Source: Azolla caroliniana
Taxonomy: Eukaryota; Plantae; Polypodiophyta
Length of the DNA: 64,000 nt
Reading direction: 5' to 3'
Assembly (NCBI GenBank): GCA_043228905.1
Contig: JBHGNT010000008.1
Location: 10,478,001 to 10,542,000, forward strand
Shown here: one piece after another, positions 25,321 through 39,645 of the stretch
Layout of the letters: every line of letters starts with the position of its first letter
Position numbering within the stretch: the first letter of the stretch is position 1
Translations under genes and position numbers: made by a program
The notes under the pieces: generated by a model
Database searches by the model: none
What the model saw: only the letters and a program-made list of their open reading frames with translations
What the model was told of the DNA's origin: nothing

Positions 25321-28300
25321 TCTTAGAAGTTATAATTAACTAATTAGATGTCACTAAGCAACTACTTAGTCAATTACTAAATATAACCTCACACCCCAAG
25401 TTATTATTAGTAAAAGGAAAGAGTTTCACATTAGTTGTATTTCAGTTTTCTTATTAGGTTTATTTCAGTTTTTGTATTTCAAAAGCTTACCTCATTTTTT
25501 TCCCTCCACTTCCTCTGCTATATAAAGAGGAAGCTAGGGAACCTCTTTGGTGTGCTCTGCATCCTTGCATCCTTTAGCCATCTCTCTCAGTTGTATTACC
25601 AGCTTGTTTTTATTAATCGAATTTCTGATTTGCATTCCAAGTTGTTCCATCATTCCTGTTTGCCATAACCTTGTACCCCGTGTCAAAATCCTAACATGGT
25701 ATCAAAGCATAAGTAGTATGATACCTAGAAATATATCACCCGCTCCATACTCTATTTTTGTTGTTCAAATATATATATACATAGCAAAAGACAACCACCT
25801 CAGCATTATGGCAAGCTCCACTCAAACAAGGAAATACTCGGTAGATAAACTTACCACAAAGAACTACAGAATTTGGAAACCAAGGATGGAGCTACTACTT
25901 GATCTAGAGGAGCTACTTGAAGTCACTATCGGAACCTGTCAAGCACTAAAAAATACACAATCAGAAGCATGGAAAGATTGGAAAAACAAAGACAAAAGGG
26001 CAAAGCTTGAAATATTGCTACATGTAGAAGACAAGCAAGCTGATGCCATTTGAAAACTCGCAATTGCAGCAAAAATGTGGTCCAAACTAAAGCAAATGTT
26101 TGAACCACAAGATGGTACTACTAGATTCCATACTCTTGCTACCCTGTTTCACATGTGTGTTTTGCAGGAAGAAGAAGATGTTCTTACCTTCTTGGATACC
26201 TGGGAGACATATCTCGAAGAAGCCATCATTGTTGGAACTGAAATCTCAAAAGAAATGAAGATTGGGTTGCTATTGAGTAAACTTCAAGAATCTTGGAGTA
26301 TGTTTGTCACCATGAATAGCCAAGGACCAAGATCCGTAATGAAAAACTTCGGTGGCAATTAAAAGAATCCACTCCGTCTCTGGCAATGACTGCGTCATTT
26401 AGCAAAACAAAAAAATCATCGTATAATAATAGATATAGAGCTAAATCAGATGCTTACAGAAGTGCAAAAATATCGAGTACCAGCAAGGTAAATGATGCTT
26501 GGAAAGCTTCAACAAAACAGTCCAATGGTGGTTTCAAATTGATTTGCAGATACTGTAAGAAAGAAGGGCAGAAAAGGTGTGGAAAACAAAAGACAATCAC
26601 AAGCAAATAATGCAACATTAGAAGAAAATTCAAACTCGAAGTCAGAAGAATACACAGAATTTGGAGGAGATTCGGATGAAATACCAAAAGATGACAATAT
26701 TTTGCAAGCATATCATGTCACTGCAAAAGAGACAAAAACTAAACATGATACATGGTACCTAGACACTGGAGCTACACATCACCTCACATATCGGAAGGAC
26801 TGGTTAAATTTCTATCAGGTTCTGTCCAATCCACTATCAGTTACTTTTGGAGACAACGGACGGAAAACAACAATCGGCAAAGGAAGCATTCAACTCAGAT
26901 TGTCAGATAATCACGAGATTACAGTCCCAAATGTCTATTATGTACCAGGACTAGCTAAGGACCTGTTATCAAATGGACAAGCAACTATAGACGGACTAAT
27001 AATACAATTCTGTAAAGAGAAAGCAATTCTATTTTTCAAAAATGGAAACACAAGTACACAGTTGGTGTGTCCCAAGGAGAAGCACTTATATCCAATACGG
27101 AGTCATCCTCCAAATGCATTCTTAGCAGTCCTTCAAAATCACAAGAAAAGATCTTCACTAACTCAATTATGGCATTGCCGGCTTTGGCATGTACACTATC
27201 AAACACTACAACAATGTCAACAACAAAAAAGAGTTCAAGGGTTGCCATCCAAAATCTTCAAGTCAGATTTCATGTGTGAAAGCTGTCTATTTGGAAAAAT
27301 GACACACCAACCATTTACAGACAGTTGAACAATGACAAAGCGTCTACTTCAACTCGTCCATACAGATTTATGTGGACCATTCCCAATACCATCCTTATCA
27401 AGTGCAAGGTATTTCATTTCGTTCATAGATCATACTACCAAATTCATAGTTGTAAGCTTTATTAAGAAAAAAAATCAAGCATAAACATTCCGCAAGTATA
27501 AAAAATATGCAGAAAAACAAACATCAAGCACCATCAAGATACTTCGCAGCGACAATGGAGGGGAATATATCTCTCATGAATGGGAAAAGTTTTGTCAAGA
27601 AAATGGTATACTTCACCAGAAAATGGTCCCATACACACCACAATAGAATGGTGTGGCAAAAACGAAAAATAGAACCTTGCTTAATGCAACCCGCTGCATG
27701 CTGAAAACTGGCCACATGGAGTAACATTTTTGGGAGGAGGCAATCTCCATTGCTTGCTACCTGCAAAACAGATTTTCATGTAGTGCATTAGGAAATGCAA
27801 TCCCTTTTACATTATGGTATGGCTATCCACCTAATGTTTCTCATATTAAAGTATTTGGTGCAGGTGCCTATGTGTATGTCTATGAGCACCATAGATCCAA
27901 ACTAGATGATCAGTGTTTCAAAGGAAGATTCATTGGATATGGTGACTCCAATGGCATGAAAGCATACAAAATCTACAACTCACAGACTGGTAAGGTGGTA
28001 TATAGCAGATCTTTTAAATTTGATGAAGACTGGTTATTTGATGAAGGTAAATCATCATCCAGAACCTTACATATGGATGGTGGAGCATCTATACAAGAAT
28101 TACAACCTGATGTTGCTGAAGGAGATACAACAATTAAGGATGCTCAAAGAATCAAAACGAGTACAAGACCATATGGGAAGGGATTCATACTTGGGAAGCA
28201 AGCAGCACATGCTCGGGCAAACTCACCACCTTGCTCACGATCGATATCTACTACAACAGAAACATCAACACAAGATCGGACAAAGAAAGGGAAAACTCAG

Positions 28301-30393
28301 TCTCTACGGGAAATCTATGATGCTACAAATATGATAGAGAACTGCTTCGTATCTATTGTAGATACAGATGTTTCTGCATTACATTCATATGTTACAGATG
28401 ATACGGTTGCTTTTGTTCCTATACTTACATTGAGACAGGTTCTACAAAGCCTAGACAAAGACAAATGGTTGGAGGCCGTACAAGTTGAGGCTGATGCACT
28501 ATACAAGAATCACACAATGTGGACAGTTGTCCAAAAGCCACCTAACTCAAATGTGGTAAGTTGTAAGTGGTTGTTTACAAAGAAATATGATGCCCATGGG
28601 AATATTCTCTCTAAGGCACGACTTGTTGCAAGGGGTTTCACTCAAATTCCCGGTGTGGATTATCATGAGACTTTTTCTCCTACACTCAAACTCACCTCTC
28701 TCCGTCTTATTTTTGCAATCACTACCTACTTAAATTTGGAATTGCATCATGTTGATATTGAGACAACTTTCTTACATGGAGATTTGAAGGAAGAAATCTA
28801 CATGGAGCAACCACAACTCTTGAAGGATGAATCAAATCCCAACTATGTCTGCAAATTGCATAAACCATTATATGGTTTAAAGCAATCTCCCAGGCAATGG
28901 TATGCAAAACTTCATAGATTTCTTCTCACAAATAGTTTTGTTCAATTACAGTCCGAGCCAACTTTGTATGTTCGAAAGAAATATCACAAATTTCTTCTTT
29001 TGGGTGTCTATGTGGATGACCTTCCTATTGCTGGCACCTCTAAGGCCGACATTCTTCAATTTGTCAACGACTTACAACAAAATTTTCCCACCAAACATCT
29101 TGGTGAGCTAGAATATTTCCTTGGACTGAAGGTCAACCGAAATCGAAGTCTTGGCACTCTATCGGTATCTCAATGCAAACTAGTTGACAACATCTTGCAT
29201 AAATATGATATGATGACTTGTTCTCCAATTGCCACTCCTCTCACAGTCCCTTGTCATCTCTCCACCTCTGACTCTCCCTCTACAAATGAAGAAGAATCCT
29301 TCATGCAAAGTATACCCTACCGCCATATTCTAGGTAGTTTAAGATACTTGGTGAGCTGCACTCGGCCAGACCTATGCTATTCTACAGGATTCTTATCTAG
29401 GTTTATGGAGAACCCTGGCCCTCGTCATTGGGAAGCTTTGAAACGTGTCTTCCGCTACATGAAATATTCAAGAGATATGACACTAACCTATAAAGCCTTA
29501 TCTCCCTCCTCTAAACGAGACATGGTGGTCCTTCAAGGTTGGACAGATGCGGATTGGGGAGGTGACAGGGACACATCTCAGTCTACATCTGGTTTTGTTT
29601 TCACTTTTGCTGGTGGTGCCATTACATGGAGGACCAAGAAACAAGCTACTGTGGCACTATCCTCCACCGAAGCAGAATATATTGCGGCTACTTTGGTGGC
29701 TAAGGAGGGACTTTGGCTATAGTCAATTTTGTCGGAACTCGACATCATCTACATAACCGAATTTCGACTTTGGTGTGATAATCAATCATGCATCAAGATT
29801 TCCCGGAATCCTAAAATCACTTATCAAAATAAGCATATTCGGGTGGGCTCGATATCATTTCTTGTGTGAATTATTTGAAGATGGCGTTTTGGAGATTGGT
29901 TATACTCCCACTCTTACTATGTGGGCTGATTTTTTGACAAAACCAGTCCCTTCTCTCAAACACTGGTCATGTTCTCAAAACATTGGCCTCAAGTGTGGTG
30001 TTGGTGTTAAGGGGGAGTGTTAGAAGTTATAATTAACTAATTAGATGTCAGTAAGCAACTACTTAGTTAATTACTAAATATAACCCCACACCCCAAGTTA
30101 TTATTAGTAAAAGGAAACATTTTCACATTAGTTGTATTTCAATTTTCTTATTAGTTTTATTTCAGTTTTTGTATTTCAAAAGCTTACCTCATTTTTTTAC
30201 CTCGACTTCCTCTGCTATATAAAGAGGAAGCTGGGGAACCTGTTTGGTGTGCTTTGCATCCTTGCATTCTTTAACCATCTCTCTTAGTTGTATTACCAGT
30301 TTGTTTTTGTTAATCGAATTTCTGATTTGCATTCCAAGTTGTTCCATCATTCCTGTTTGTCATAACCTTGTACCCCGTGTCAAAATCCTAATA
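25321..30393 (+). mobile_element. Full-length Ty1/Copia (short, Ale-like) with TSD CTATT
   Basis: 376-bp LTRs at 25321-25696 and 30018-30393; TSD CTATT at 25316-25320 and 30394-30398; PBS TGGTATCAAAGC at 25697; PPT AAGGGGGAG before 30018. Confidence 0.95.
25808..30023 (+). pseudogene. Copia gag-pol (disrupted)
   Basis: gag (KLTTKNYRIWK), WYLDTGATHH, integrase SDNGGEY, RT YVDDL, RNase H TDADWGGD; several stops and frameshifts. Confidence 0.92.
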
Positions 30394-33300
30394 CTATTAC
30401 TCATGCATATATGCGACTCGTTTTGCATAAATCTGAATCCCATAGACTAGGATACCTGGTTACTATGAGGATTTATTCTATAGTCAAGACGAGACCACCA
30501 TGTGGCATAATAATTAAATCCTCAAAGCCAAACATCCATATCCAACAAACACTACACTTCCATCTTCCAACGACATCTAACATATATAACATTGGATATG
30601 GATCATTATAGAGAAGCATTCGAAGAAGCATGTATGGGTGTAATGGACCCTACCAAACCCACACATGCCACATTTGCATTCATTAATATTAGTTGTCGTA
30701 CCCAACTTATTATTATATATAGTATTTGCCAATTCCAGAACTTATTATTGTAGGCCTTGTAAGTTCCCAAGAAATAAACTTAAGAGGTAATAAAGAAGAA
30801 GAGTGAGTAAGCTTTCACAAGCCGACACCTTATCAACTACGCCTCAAATTCTAACTACGACCATCGTGGTAGAATGTTGGTGATGCGCCATTCAGCAAAC
30901 TCAATGACGGCCTCTAGTCCGATCAGTAAATCCAACGTTGAAGACGTATGGTTTGTCGATTCAGGTGCTTCGAACCATATAAAGATTCACCAAGAATGGT
31001 TTTGAGACCTAAGAGAGCCAGAACAACCCGACTATGTAGAGACTAGAGATGACACCATGCATCCGATACGACATGTCGGTAATGTCCCATCCGGCGAAGA
31101 GGGCAACTAGACCTACATCGAAAACATTTTTCATGTTCCAACTATAACGATGAATCTGGTCTCGATCGGCCAGATTATGGAGCAAGACATGCAAGTCTGG
31201 TTCAATCACGGAGGCTGCTTCATTGAAAAGGAAGGTTGACTCATTGCTCGTGGTCAAAGGGAAAGCTGGATGTTTATCCTCGAGTCGAATGAGGTAAAAG
31301 CAACAATGTACGCAAAGGGCTATAAAGCCGACGCCGACATAAAGATATGACACAGAAGAATCAGCCAGATCAATCTCCACAAGCTCAAAGGCATGCAATC
31401 GAAAGGAGTCATTATCAGACTCCCCATTTTTACAGAGAAGGAGATTTTCAGAGTGTGCGACGCTTGCCAATTCGGCAAGAAACATTGACAACCATTCCCA
31501 AAAGAGAGGAACATAAGCAAAGGACTCATGGATATAATACATTCAGATTATGGGGGGCAACTCAAACGGCAATATTCGGTGGTTGCCGATATTATGTCAC
31601 ATTCATCGACGACTTCTCAACTCGAGCACACACCCACAAGTGGTATGCCAACTTAAAAAGCCTCTCTATGGCCTCAAGCAAGAACCTAGAGCATGCCATT
31701 CGAAGATAACCCAATATCTTCACCAAATTGGCTTTAGAATGTCCAAGTTCGACAAGTCCATGTTTGTTCGTAGCGACTCTAGAGGAGAACTATTCATCAT
31801 TATATACGTCGATGACTTGGTGATCGGAGGAGAACACCTCGCCGATATAAATCATATCAAGAAGCTTCTCTCCGACCGATTAGACATGAAGAACATGAAG
31901 GATTACTTCCTGGGTATAGAAGTAATGCGGACCCCAAGCGGCATCATGATCTCCCAATGGCACAACATCCTTAACTTATTGTATAAGTTTTGGATGACTG
32001 AGTGCAAATCTATGGCAACCCCTCTTGATCGAAACCTGACGCTAAATGCCAATTCCAACACAAAAGAGTGTGAGCCGACTCACTATCGTTAGCTAGTCGG
32101 AAGCCTGATCTACCTCAGTTATCCGATCGACCTCCTTAGCCAGTTTATGCAGACGCCTCACGACATTCATCTGGAATGTGCGAAGAGAGTGCTAAGGTAT
32201 GTACTTGGGACAATGAATTACAACATTCTCTAAAAGTCGGCTACACCAATTAAACTCAAAGGGTACGTAGATGCCAACCGGGCTGGCTAGAAGGCCAACA
32301 GACGATTGACTTCTGGATTTGTCTCCTCCCTTAAAAACGGAGCTATATCATGGAGTAGTAAGAAGCAATTGACAATCGCACTATTGAATGTAGAGGCAGA
32401 ATATAGGGGTGCAACCATCGCAACATGTGAAGCCATATAAAGAGGATTTTGAAGGATTGGGACGTTTCCATCAAAGATTTGATCCTCCTATACTGCAACA
32501 ACATGTGAATTATTCACCTGGCTGAAGTATTCCCCTGGCTCGGAACCCAGGCTTTCACACTCAGACTAAGCACATCGAGGTGCATTATTACTTCATCCGA
32601 GAATGTGTCCTCGCTGGTGATGTTGACCTGCAACACATCAGTATGAACTTATAGACAACCAACATCTTCACGAAGGCCTTGGGAGCCGACAAACTACGAC
32701 AATTTCCTGGGGACTCCACTATATATAAGAGCGTTGTATCACGTGCATTCATGACATCATTTATAAACCCCTTATACGTATGGTTTTTACTATTTTAGTG
32801 ACCCTTTTGTAGAAAAAAGATTAATAAAAATACCCCTTACTACCAATATATTATTTGATAACCACCCATTTTAAATACCCTTCCATATAAAATATACATG
32901 CACACATAGTTTCCAATCCTAGAAGGGATCAATGACCACATTTACAATTGATGACTCGCAAAATTATGAATGAGCATTAAACATCATATGCAATTCCTAG
33001 AAATGCTTCATCAAGTGCCACATAGATTGAAAACACAATATGTAAAGTAGAAAGTAATGTACACACAATTAGGAAACATTACCCAAAAATATTAGAGGTA
33101 TAACATATATAAGCCACATATAAGTTTTTCTTTTAGCTTATTGAGACATATGAAGAATATCGAGTGATAAAAAACAGTGTAATTTACAATAAAACAATCT
33201 TGAACTTGAGATATATATCTCAAAGAGCACACATGGAACAATCCAAAATGCATATCAATAATGAAATTACTAACAAATTAACATTATGTTTGGTTTCATG

Positions 33301-33499
33301 GATAGACTCATATGAAACCATAACATTACTTTTTCTTAAACATATTGATAAAACAAATGACAACCTATTTTATATTTCCATTTGAAATGTAAGACATCAT
33401 CTATTCACATATTCTTACCCAAATCAAAATAAAATAAAATAAATCATTTTGTTATTGCAATGTCTACTTAAAAAACTTATTACAATAAATGTTACCCTC

Positions 33500-35425
33500 A
33501 TAAAGACCAACTATATAAAAAGAAAACCCTAAGAAGTTGCCTTTCTCTCAAATCTCTTTGTAGTGCTTAATGATGGTCCATCTAAAATTTTAGAAACAAA
33601 GTCGTGTAATCTTGGTCCACCACACATTTTAATCATGACAAAAATTGCCTTAGATGTGTCTTTAAATTATAATTGTCCATGTGGCTTTCGAGTAAGCTTT
33701 TGTGCAACATTTGTCAAGAAATCCCATAATGCATTCTTTCCACCAAATTTTCCAGCTCGATGAGCCTCAATAATGTTATTACAAAATCTTCGAACATCCT
33801 TCCATTCCACACTCTCAACGGATGTTTCCTTGAGAGTCATTACCTTTACTGAAAGCATTGCAACTTTGCAAGCTAGCCACCATATTTGTCTATGAGCACA
33901 ACTGATGGTTTGCTTAGAACTTGACATTTCCTTTCTTGTCTCTTCTTGAGTAAGATAATCTAGTCACCTACCCTCCCCAATTCCTCGATTACCTCTTTTG
34001 ACTTTAGCCCTACACTCCCTATATACCCTCATATGGAAATCATTACATTTTGGAATTTCATTACATTTTTCACATGTAAGATTATGAAAGGGTTCTTCAA
34101 TCTTCGATACTCTTTTTCAATCAAAATGGCCAAAACATCCATCAACACTCTTGCATCTCATACATCACAACAGCTTTGGTGTAAGGCTCAGAGAACCATA
34201 AGGCGCCATGATTTTGATCAATGAGAAATTATTTACATGTATTTCTTCATCATTTATCATTATGTTGTTATGCCAATATCCCCAACACAATAGTGACAAA
34301 CCAAAATAATGTGGAGTAAAGAACTCACATTCTTGACTAGACGAAGGTCGCAAGGTTAAAACAAGAAATTTGCTCAAGGTTTGTTGATTTGAAGGTAAAG
34401 CTTCTTGTTTTCGTGAACGACCCAGAAATCCACTCATTATTGGCATGTCGAACCATCTCCATCGACGTTAGATGGGTCTTGGATTGTATGTGTTGAAAAA
34501 AAATTGTTGACAAGTCACTTCGTGGAGGGCATAATGGTAACCAAGATCCATCAATCTTGCATTTTACCTTCACCATTGCCTTATCTTTATATCCATGAAG
34601 TGTTGCCTTTATAAATCAAATTTTGCATCTATAAAAAAACAGTTTTCACATATGAATAATGTGCTAATATATGTGAAAACAGTTTTTTTAGGTAACCGAG
34701 TTGAAATAATTGAATAATCTGCTAATAATGTTTGAGATAGGTCTCATAATCTATTTTAGATAAGTTTATTGATTCATCTTGTTGGCTTAACCCCCTTCGA
34801 GCATAATATCGTTTTTCATGACTTTGACTCTTAATATGACTTCTAAAAAACTTATTAAGACGCACATTTGCTACTTTTGCTTCCATAGAACTAGCACCAT
34901 AGGGTTCTCCACCCTCATTGCACCATAATCTTATGACTGTTTTTCGACAAAAATCCTCAACCTTCAACTCAAATTTATAATCTCGAGGAATTGTAACATT
35001 ACTTAATTTTACACGTATCCTATTACATTCTATCACCCATTACCTAAAACATCTCTAGGAATCTTATCCTTGATTGTTTCAATTGGAGATGTAACTTTAA
35101 AATTGTCCCCGGCTTGACCCAACAATGAACCCTCAACATTAGTGCATGATTCTTTTGAAGAGACTTTTTGTTTATCAATACTAGGATTGATATAGACTTT
35201 ATTTTCTTTTAAACGCCATTTGTCTTCTTGTTTCCCATTCAAAATATTATTTTTTGTGTACACAAAGGAAAATGGTTCATAAAATATACCGTCCTCAATT
35301 ATTTTGACTCGGATCTTTGCATATGTAAGAGTTCCTCTCACACTTACAATGCCCAAAGGTTTATCTTCATCATCCCTCTCATGTTCAAACACTTCAATAA
35401 TAGATTCTTCATCCAATCTACACAT
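33500..35425 (-). pseudogene. Decayed spliced gene of the TIR element: zinc-finger-like modules plus P-element-like HTH region
   Basis: Fragments LWCNE...FFRSHIKSQSHEK, KCKIDG...FFQHIQSKTHL, LLCWGYW and AIFVMIKMCGGPRLHDFVSKILDGPSLSTTK. Putative introns 35961-35438 and 34696-34629. Confidence 0.55.
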
Positions 35426-38400
35426 AGAATGGCCCACCTATCACTTTTCATATAACCATACATCATATATATGTGTGTATGTGTGCATTGTGAATGTGGT
35501 ATTCATGTGTGATTTGTGTGTATATATGTTCCATACATCATATATGTTTGTATATGCATGTGTGTTGTTTGTTATGTTTGTGTGTGTGTGTATGTTCCAT
35601 ACATCGTATATGTTTGTATGTGGTATGCATGTGTGTTGTGTGTTATGTGTTATGTTTGTTTGTGTGTGTATGTGTGTGTGTGTGTGTGTGTGTACATATT
35701 GTATTGTATTTTATTTAATTGCATTTATTGTATGTATAGCATTTGTGATGTGTGTTATGTTTGTGTGTGTGTATGTATGTTCCATACAACATATATATGT
35801 GTCCATATGTGTGTATATTCTGCATATGTGTGTGTATGTATTCTATTGTATTCCATGTGTGTGTGTGTTTATGTATGTATTCTATTGTATTCCATGTGAA
35901 TTTATGTGTTGGTTTATGTACGTGTGCATTATGTATGTATGATGTTTGTACTTATGTGTACCTGTAAAATATTTGTAGAGTTGTTGTGGCAGCCCCGAGA
36001 AAGAATAATGGTGAGCAAAAGCGGCATTACAAGGCGAATGGTGGCGGCGACGGCAGCAAAACGAGAACAGGGGCGGCAAAACGAGAATAGAGGCGGCAAA
36101 ACAAGACTAAAGGCGACAAAACGAGGACAAAAACAACAAGCGGAGAAGAGGCGACCGACAACAATGGGAGAGAAGAGGAGGTAGAGCAAAGGAGGAGGTG
36201 GCAAAAATCTAAATTAAAAAAAACTTGAATGTTTGAATCTTATGTTTAGTATGAATGTATGTATGTATGTTATGTATGTATGTGCACGTAATGTATGCAT
36301 GTATGAATGAATGAATATATATATGTAATGTATGCATAAAATATGTATGCTTGCATGAATGAATGAATATATGAATGTACATATGTGTATATATGTAATA
36401 TGTAATGTATGCATATTTGTATGTGTATGCATATATGTGTGTTTGGATGTTTGTTTGTAATATGTATGTATGTATGTGTATGTATAATATATATTGTTCG
36501 TAAGCATGAGACTATGTTTAGTAACGATGCATTCCCTTTTATATCTCTTTATCTCTCTTGTTCTCTCTTGTAGTTGATATGCCCGAGACTACACATGGTA
36601 GTCGGGATTTTGTATTTCATTTTTATTCATGTTGTATCTCCAACCCTACAGTCTATCGCATAGCACGGTGTTATATTTGTCACCGGCCTATGTACTCACC
36701 CCTTATAAAAATCTTTATATTCTAAGCCCTACCCCTCCCTAACATTCTCCTATTTTCAGCCCTACCCCTCCCCTACTTTCTCCTATTTCTAGCCCTACCC
36801 CCTTACTTTCTCTTATTTTCAGCACTACCCCTTACCCAGTTTTTCCTATTCTCACTCATACCCCTCTCCCAATTTTTTTTATTTTTTCTTTAGAATGTTT
36901 TCACTTATCACTTTTATAATTTAACTTAAACATTCATACCCCTCATATATACATTTTACATACACATACATACGTATTACAAACAAACATCCACACACAT
37001 ATATACATACACATACAAATATACATACATTACATATTACATATATACACATATGTACATTCATATATTCATTCATTCATGTTTATTCATGCAAACATAC
37101 ATATTTTCGTGAACGACCCAGAAATCCACTCATTATTGGCATGTCGAACCATCTCCATCGACGTTAGATGGGTCTTGGATTGTATGTGTTGAAAAAAAAT
37201 TGTTGACAAGTCACTTCGTGGAGGGCATAATGGTAACCAAGATCCATCAATCTTGCATTTTACCTTCACCATTGCCTTATCTTTATATCCATGAAGTGTT
37301 GCCTTTATAAATCAAATTTTGCATCTATAAAAAAACAGTTTTCACATATGAATAATGTGCTAATATATGTGAAAACAGTTTTTTTAGGTAACCGAGTTGA
37401 AATAATTGAATAATCTGCTAATAATGTTTGAGATAGGTCTCATAATCTATTTTAGATAAGTTTATTGATTCATCTTGTTGGCTTAACCCCCTTCGAGCAT
37501 AATATCGTTTTTCATGACTTTGACTCTTAATATGACTTCTAAAAAACTTATTAAGACGCACATTTGCTACTTTTGCTTCCATAGAACTAGCACCATAGGG
37601 TTCTCCACCCTCATTGCACCATAATCTTATGACTGTTTTTCGACAAAAATCCTCAACCTTCAACTCAAATTTATAATCTCGAGGAATTGTAACATTACTT
37701 AATTTTACACGTATCCTATTACATTCTATCACCCATTACCTAAAACATCTCTAGGAATCTTATCCTTGATTGTTTCAATTGGAGATGTAACTTTAAAATT
37801 GTCCCCGGCTTGACCCAACAATGAACCCTCAACATTAGTGCATGATTCTTTTGAAGAGACTTTTTGTTTATCAATACTAGGATTGATATAGACTTTATTT
37901 TCTTTTAAACGCCATTTGTCTTCTTGTTTCCCATTCAAAATATTATTTTTTGTGTACACAAAGGAAAATGGTTCATAAAATATACCGTCCTCAATTATTT
38001 TGACTCGGATCTTTGCATATGTAAGAGTTCCTCTCACACTTACAATGCCCAAAGGTTTATCTTCATCATCCCTCTCATGTTCAAACACTTCAATAATAGA
38101 TTCTTCATCCAATCTACACATAGAATGGCCCACCTATCACTTTTCATATAACCATACATCATATATATGTGTGTATGTGTGCATTGTGAATGTGGTATTC
38201 ATGTGTGATTTGTGTGTATATATGTTCCATACATCATATATGTTTGTATATGCATGTGTGTTGTTTGTTATGTTTGTGTGTGTGTGTATGTTCCATACAT
38301 CGTATATGTTTGTATGTGGTATGCATGTGTGTTGTGTGTTATGTGTTATGTTTGTTTGTGTGTGTATGTGTGTGTGTGTGTGTGTGTGTACATATTGTAT

Positions 38401-39545
38401 TGTATTTTATTTAATTGCATTTATTGTATGTATAGCATTTGTGATGTGTGTTATGTTTGTGTGTGTGTATGTATGTTCCATACAACATATATATGTGTCC
38501 ATATGTGTGTATATTCTGCATATGTGTGTGTATGTATTCTATTGTATTCCATGTGTGTGTGTGTTTATGTATGTATTCTATTGTATTCCATGTGAATTTA
38601 TGTGTTGGTTTATGTACGTGTGCATTATGTATGTATGATGTTTGTACTTATGTGTACCTGTAAAATATTTGTAGAGTTGTTGTGGCAGCCCCGAGAAAGA
38701 ATAATGGTGAGCAAAAGCGGCATTACAAGGCGAATGGTGGCGGCGACGGCAGCAAAACGAGAACAGGGGCGGCAAAACGAGAATAGAGGCGGCAAAACAA
38801 GACTAAAGGCGACAAAACGAGGACAAAAACAACAAGCGGAGAAGAGGCGACCGCAACAATGGGAGAGAAGAGGAGGTAGAGCAAAGGAGGAGGTGGCAAA
38901 AATCTAAATTAAAAAAACTTGAATGTTTGAATCTTATGTTTAGTATGAATGTATGTATGTATGTTATGTATGTATGTGCACGTAATGTATGCATGTATGA
39001 ATGAATGAATATATATATGTAATGTATGCATAAAATATGTATGCTTGCATGAATGAATGAATATATGAATGTACATATGTGTATATATGTAATATGTAAT
39101 GTATGCATATTTGTATGTGTATGCATATATGTGTGTTTGGATGTTTGTTTGTAATATGTATGTATGTATGTGTATGTATAATATATATTGTTCGTAAGCA
39201 TGAGACTATGTTTAGTAACGATGCATTCCCTTTTATATCTCTTTATCTCTCTTGTTCTCTCTTGTAGTTGATATGCCCGAGACTACACATGGTAGTCGGG
39301 ATTTTGTATTTCATTTTTATTCATGTTGTATCTCCAACCCTACAGTCTATCGCATAGCACGGTGTTATATTTGTCACCGGCCTATGTACTCACCCCTTAT
39401 AAAAATCTTTATATTCTAAGCCCTACCCCTCCCTAACATTCTCCTATTTTCAGCCCTACCCCTCCCCTACTTTCTCCTATTTCTAGCCCTACCCCCTTAC
39501 TTTCTCTTATTTTCAGCACTACCCCTTACCCAGTTTTTCCTATTA
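34408..39545. repeat. Near-identical ~2.7-kb tandem duplication (period 2696) ending at an assembly gap
   Basis: ORFs repeat at +2696 (35033/37729, 34722/37418); only two 1-bp indels noticed between copies. Confidence 0.9.
36720..36880 (+). repeat. ~30-33-bp C-rich minisatellite (AGCCCTACCCCTCCCTACTTTCTCCTATTTTC), duplicated at ~39415-39545
   Basis: 4-5 degenerate units visible; a related motif occurs near 33960-34030. Confidence 0.75.
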
Positions 39546-39645
39546 NNNNNNNNNNNNNNNNNNNNNNNNNNNNNNNNNNNNNNNNNNNNNNNNNNNNNNN
39601 NNNNNNNNNNNNNNNNNNNNNNNNNNNNNNNNNNNNNNNNNNNNN
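39546..39645. other. Assembly gap (100 N)
   Basis: Run of n. Confidence 1.

Noticed and set aside
35304-35967. Cys/Val/Tyr-rich ORFs (also 38000-38663 and 39526-40787)
   Set aside because: Translations of (TG/TA)n microsatellite.
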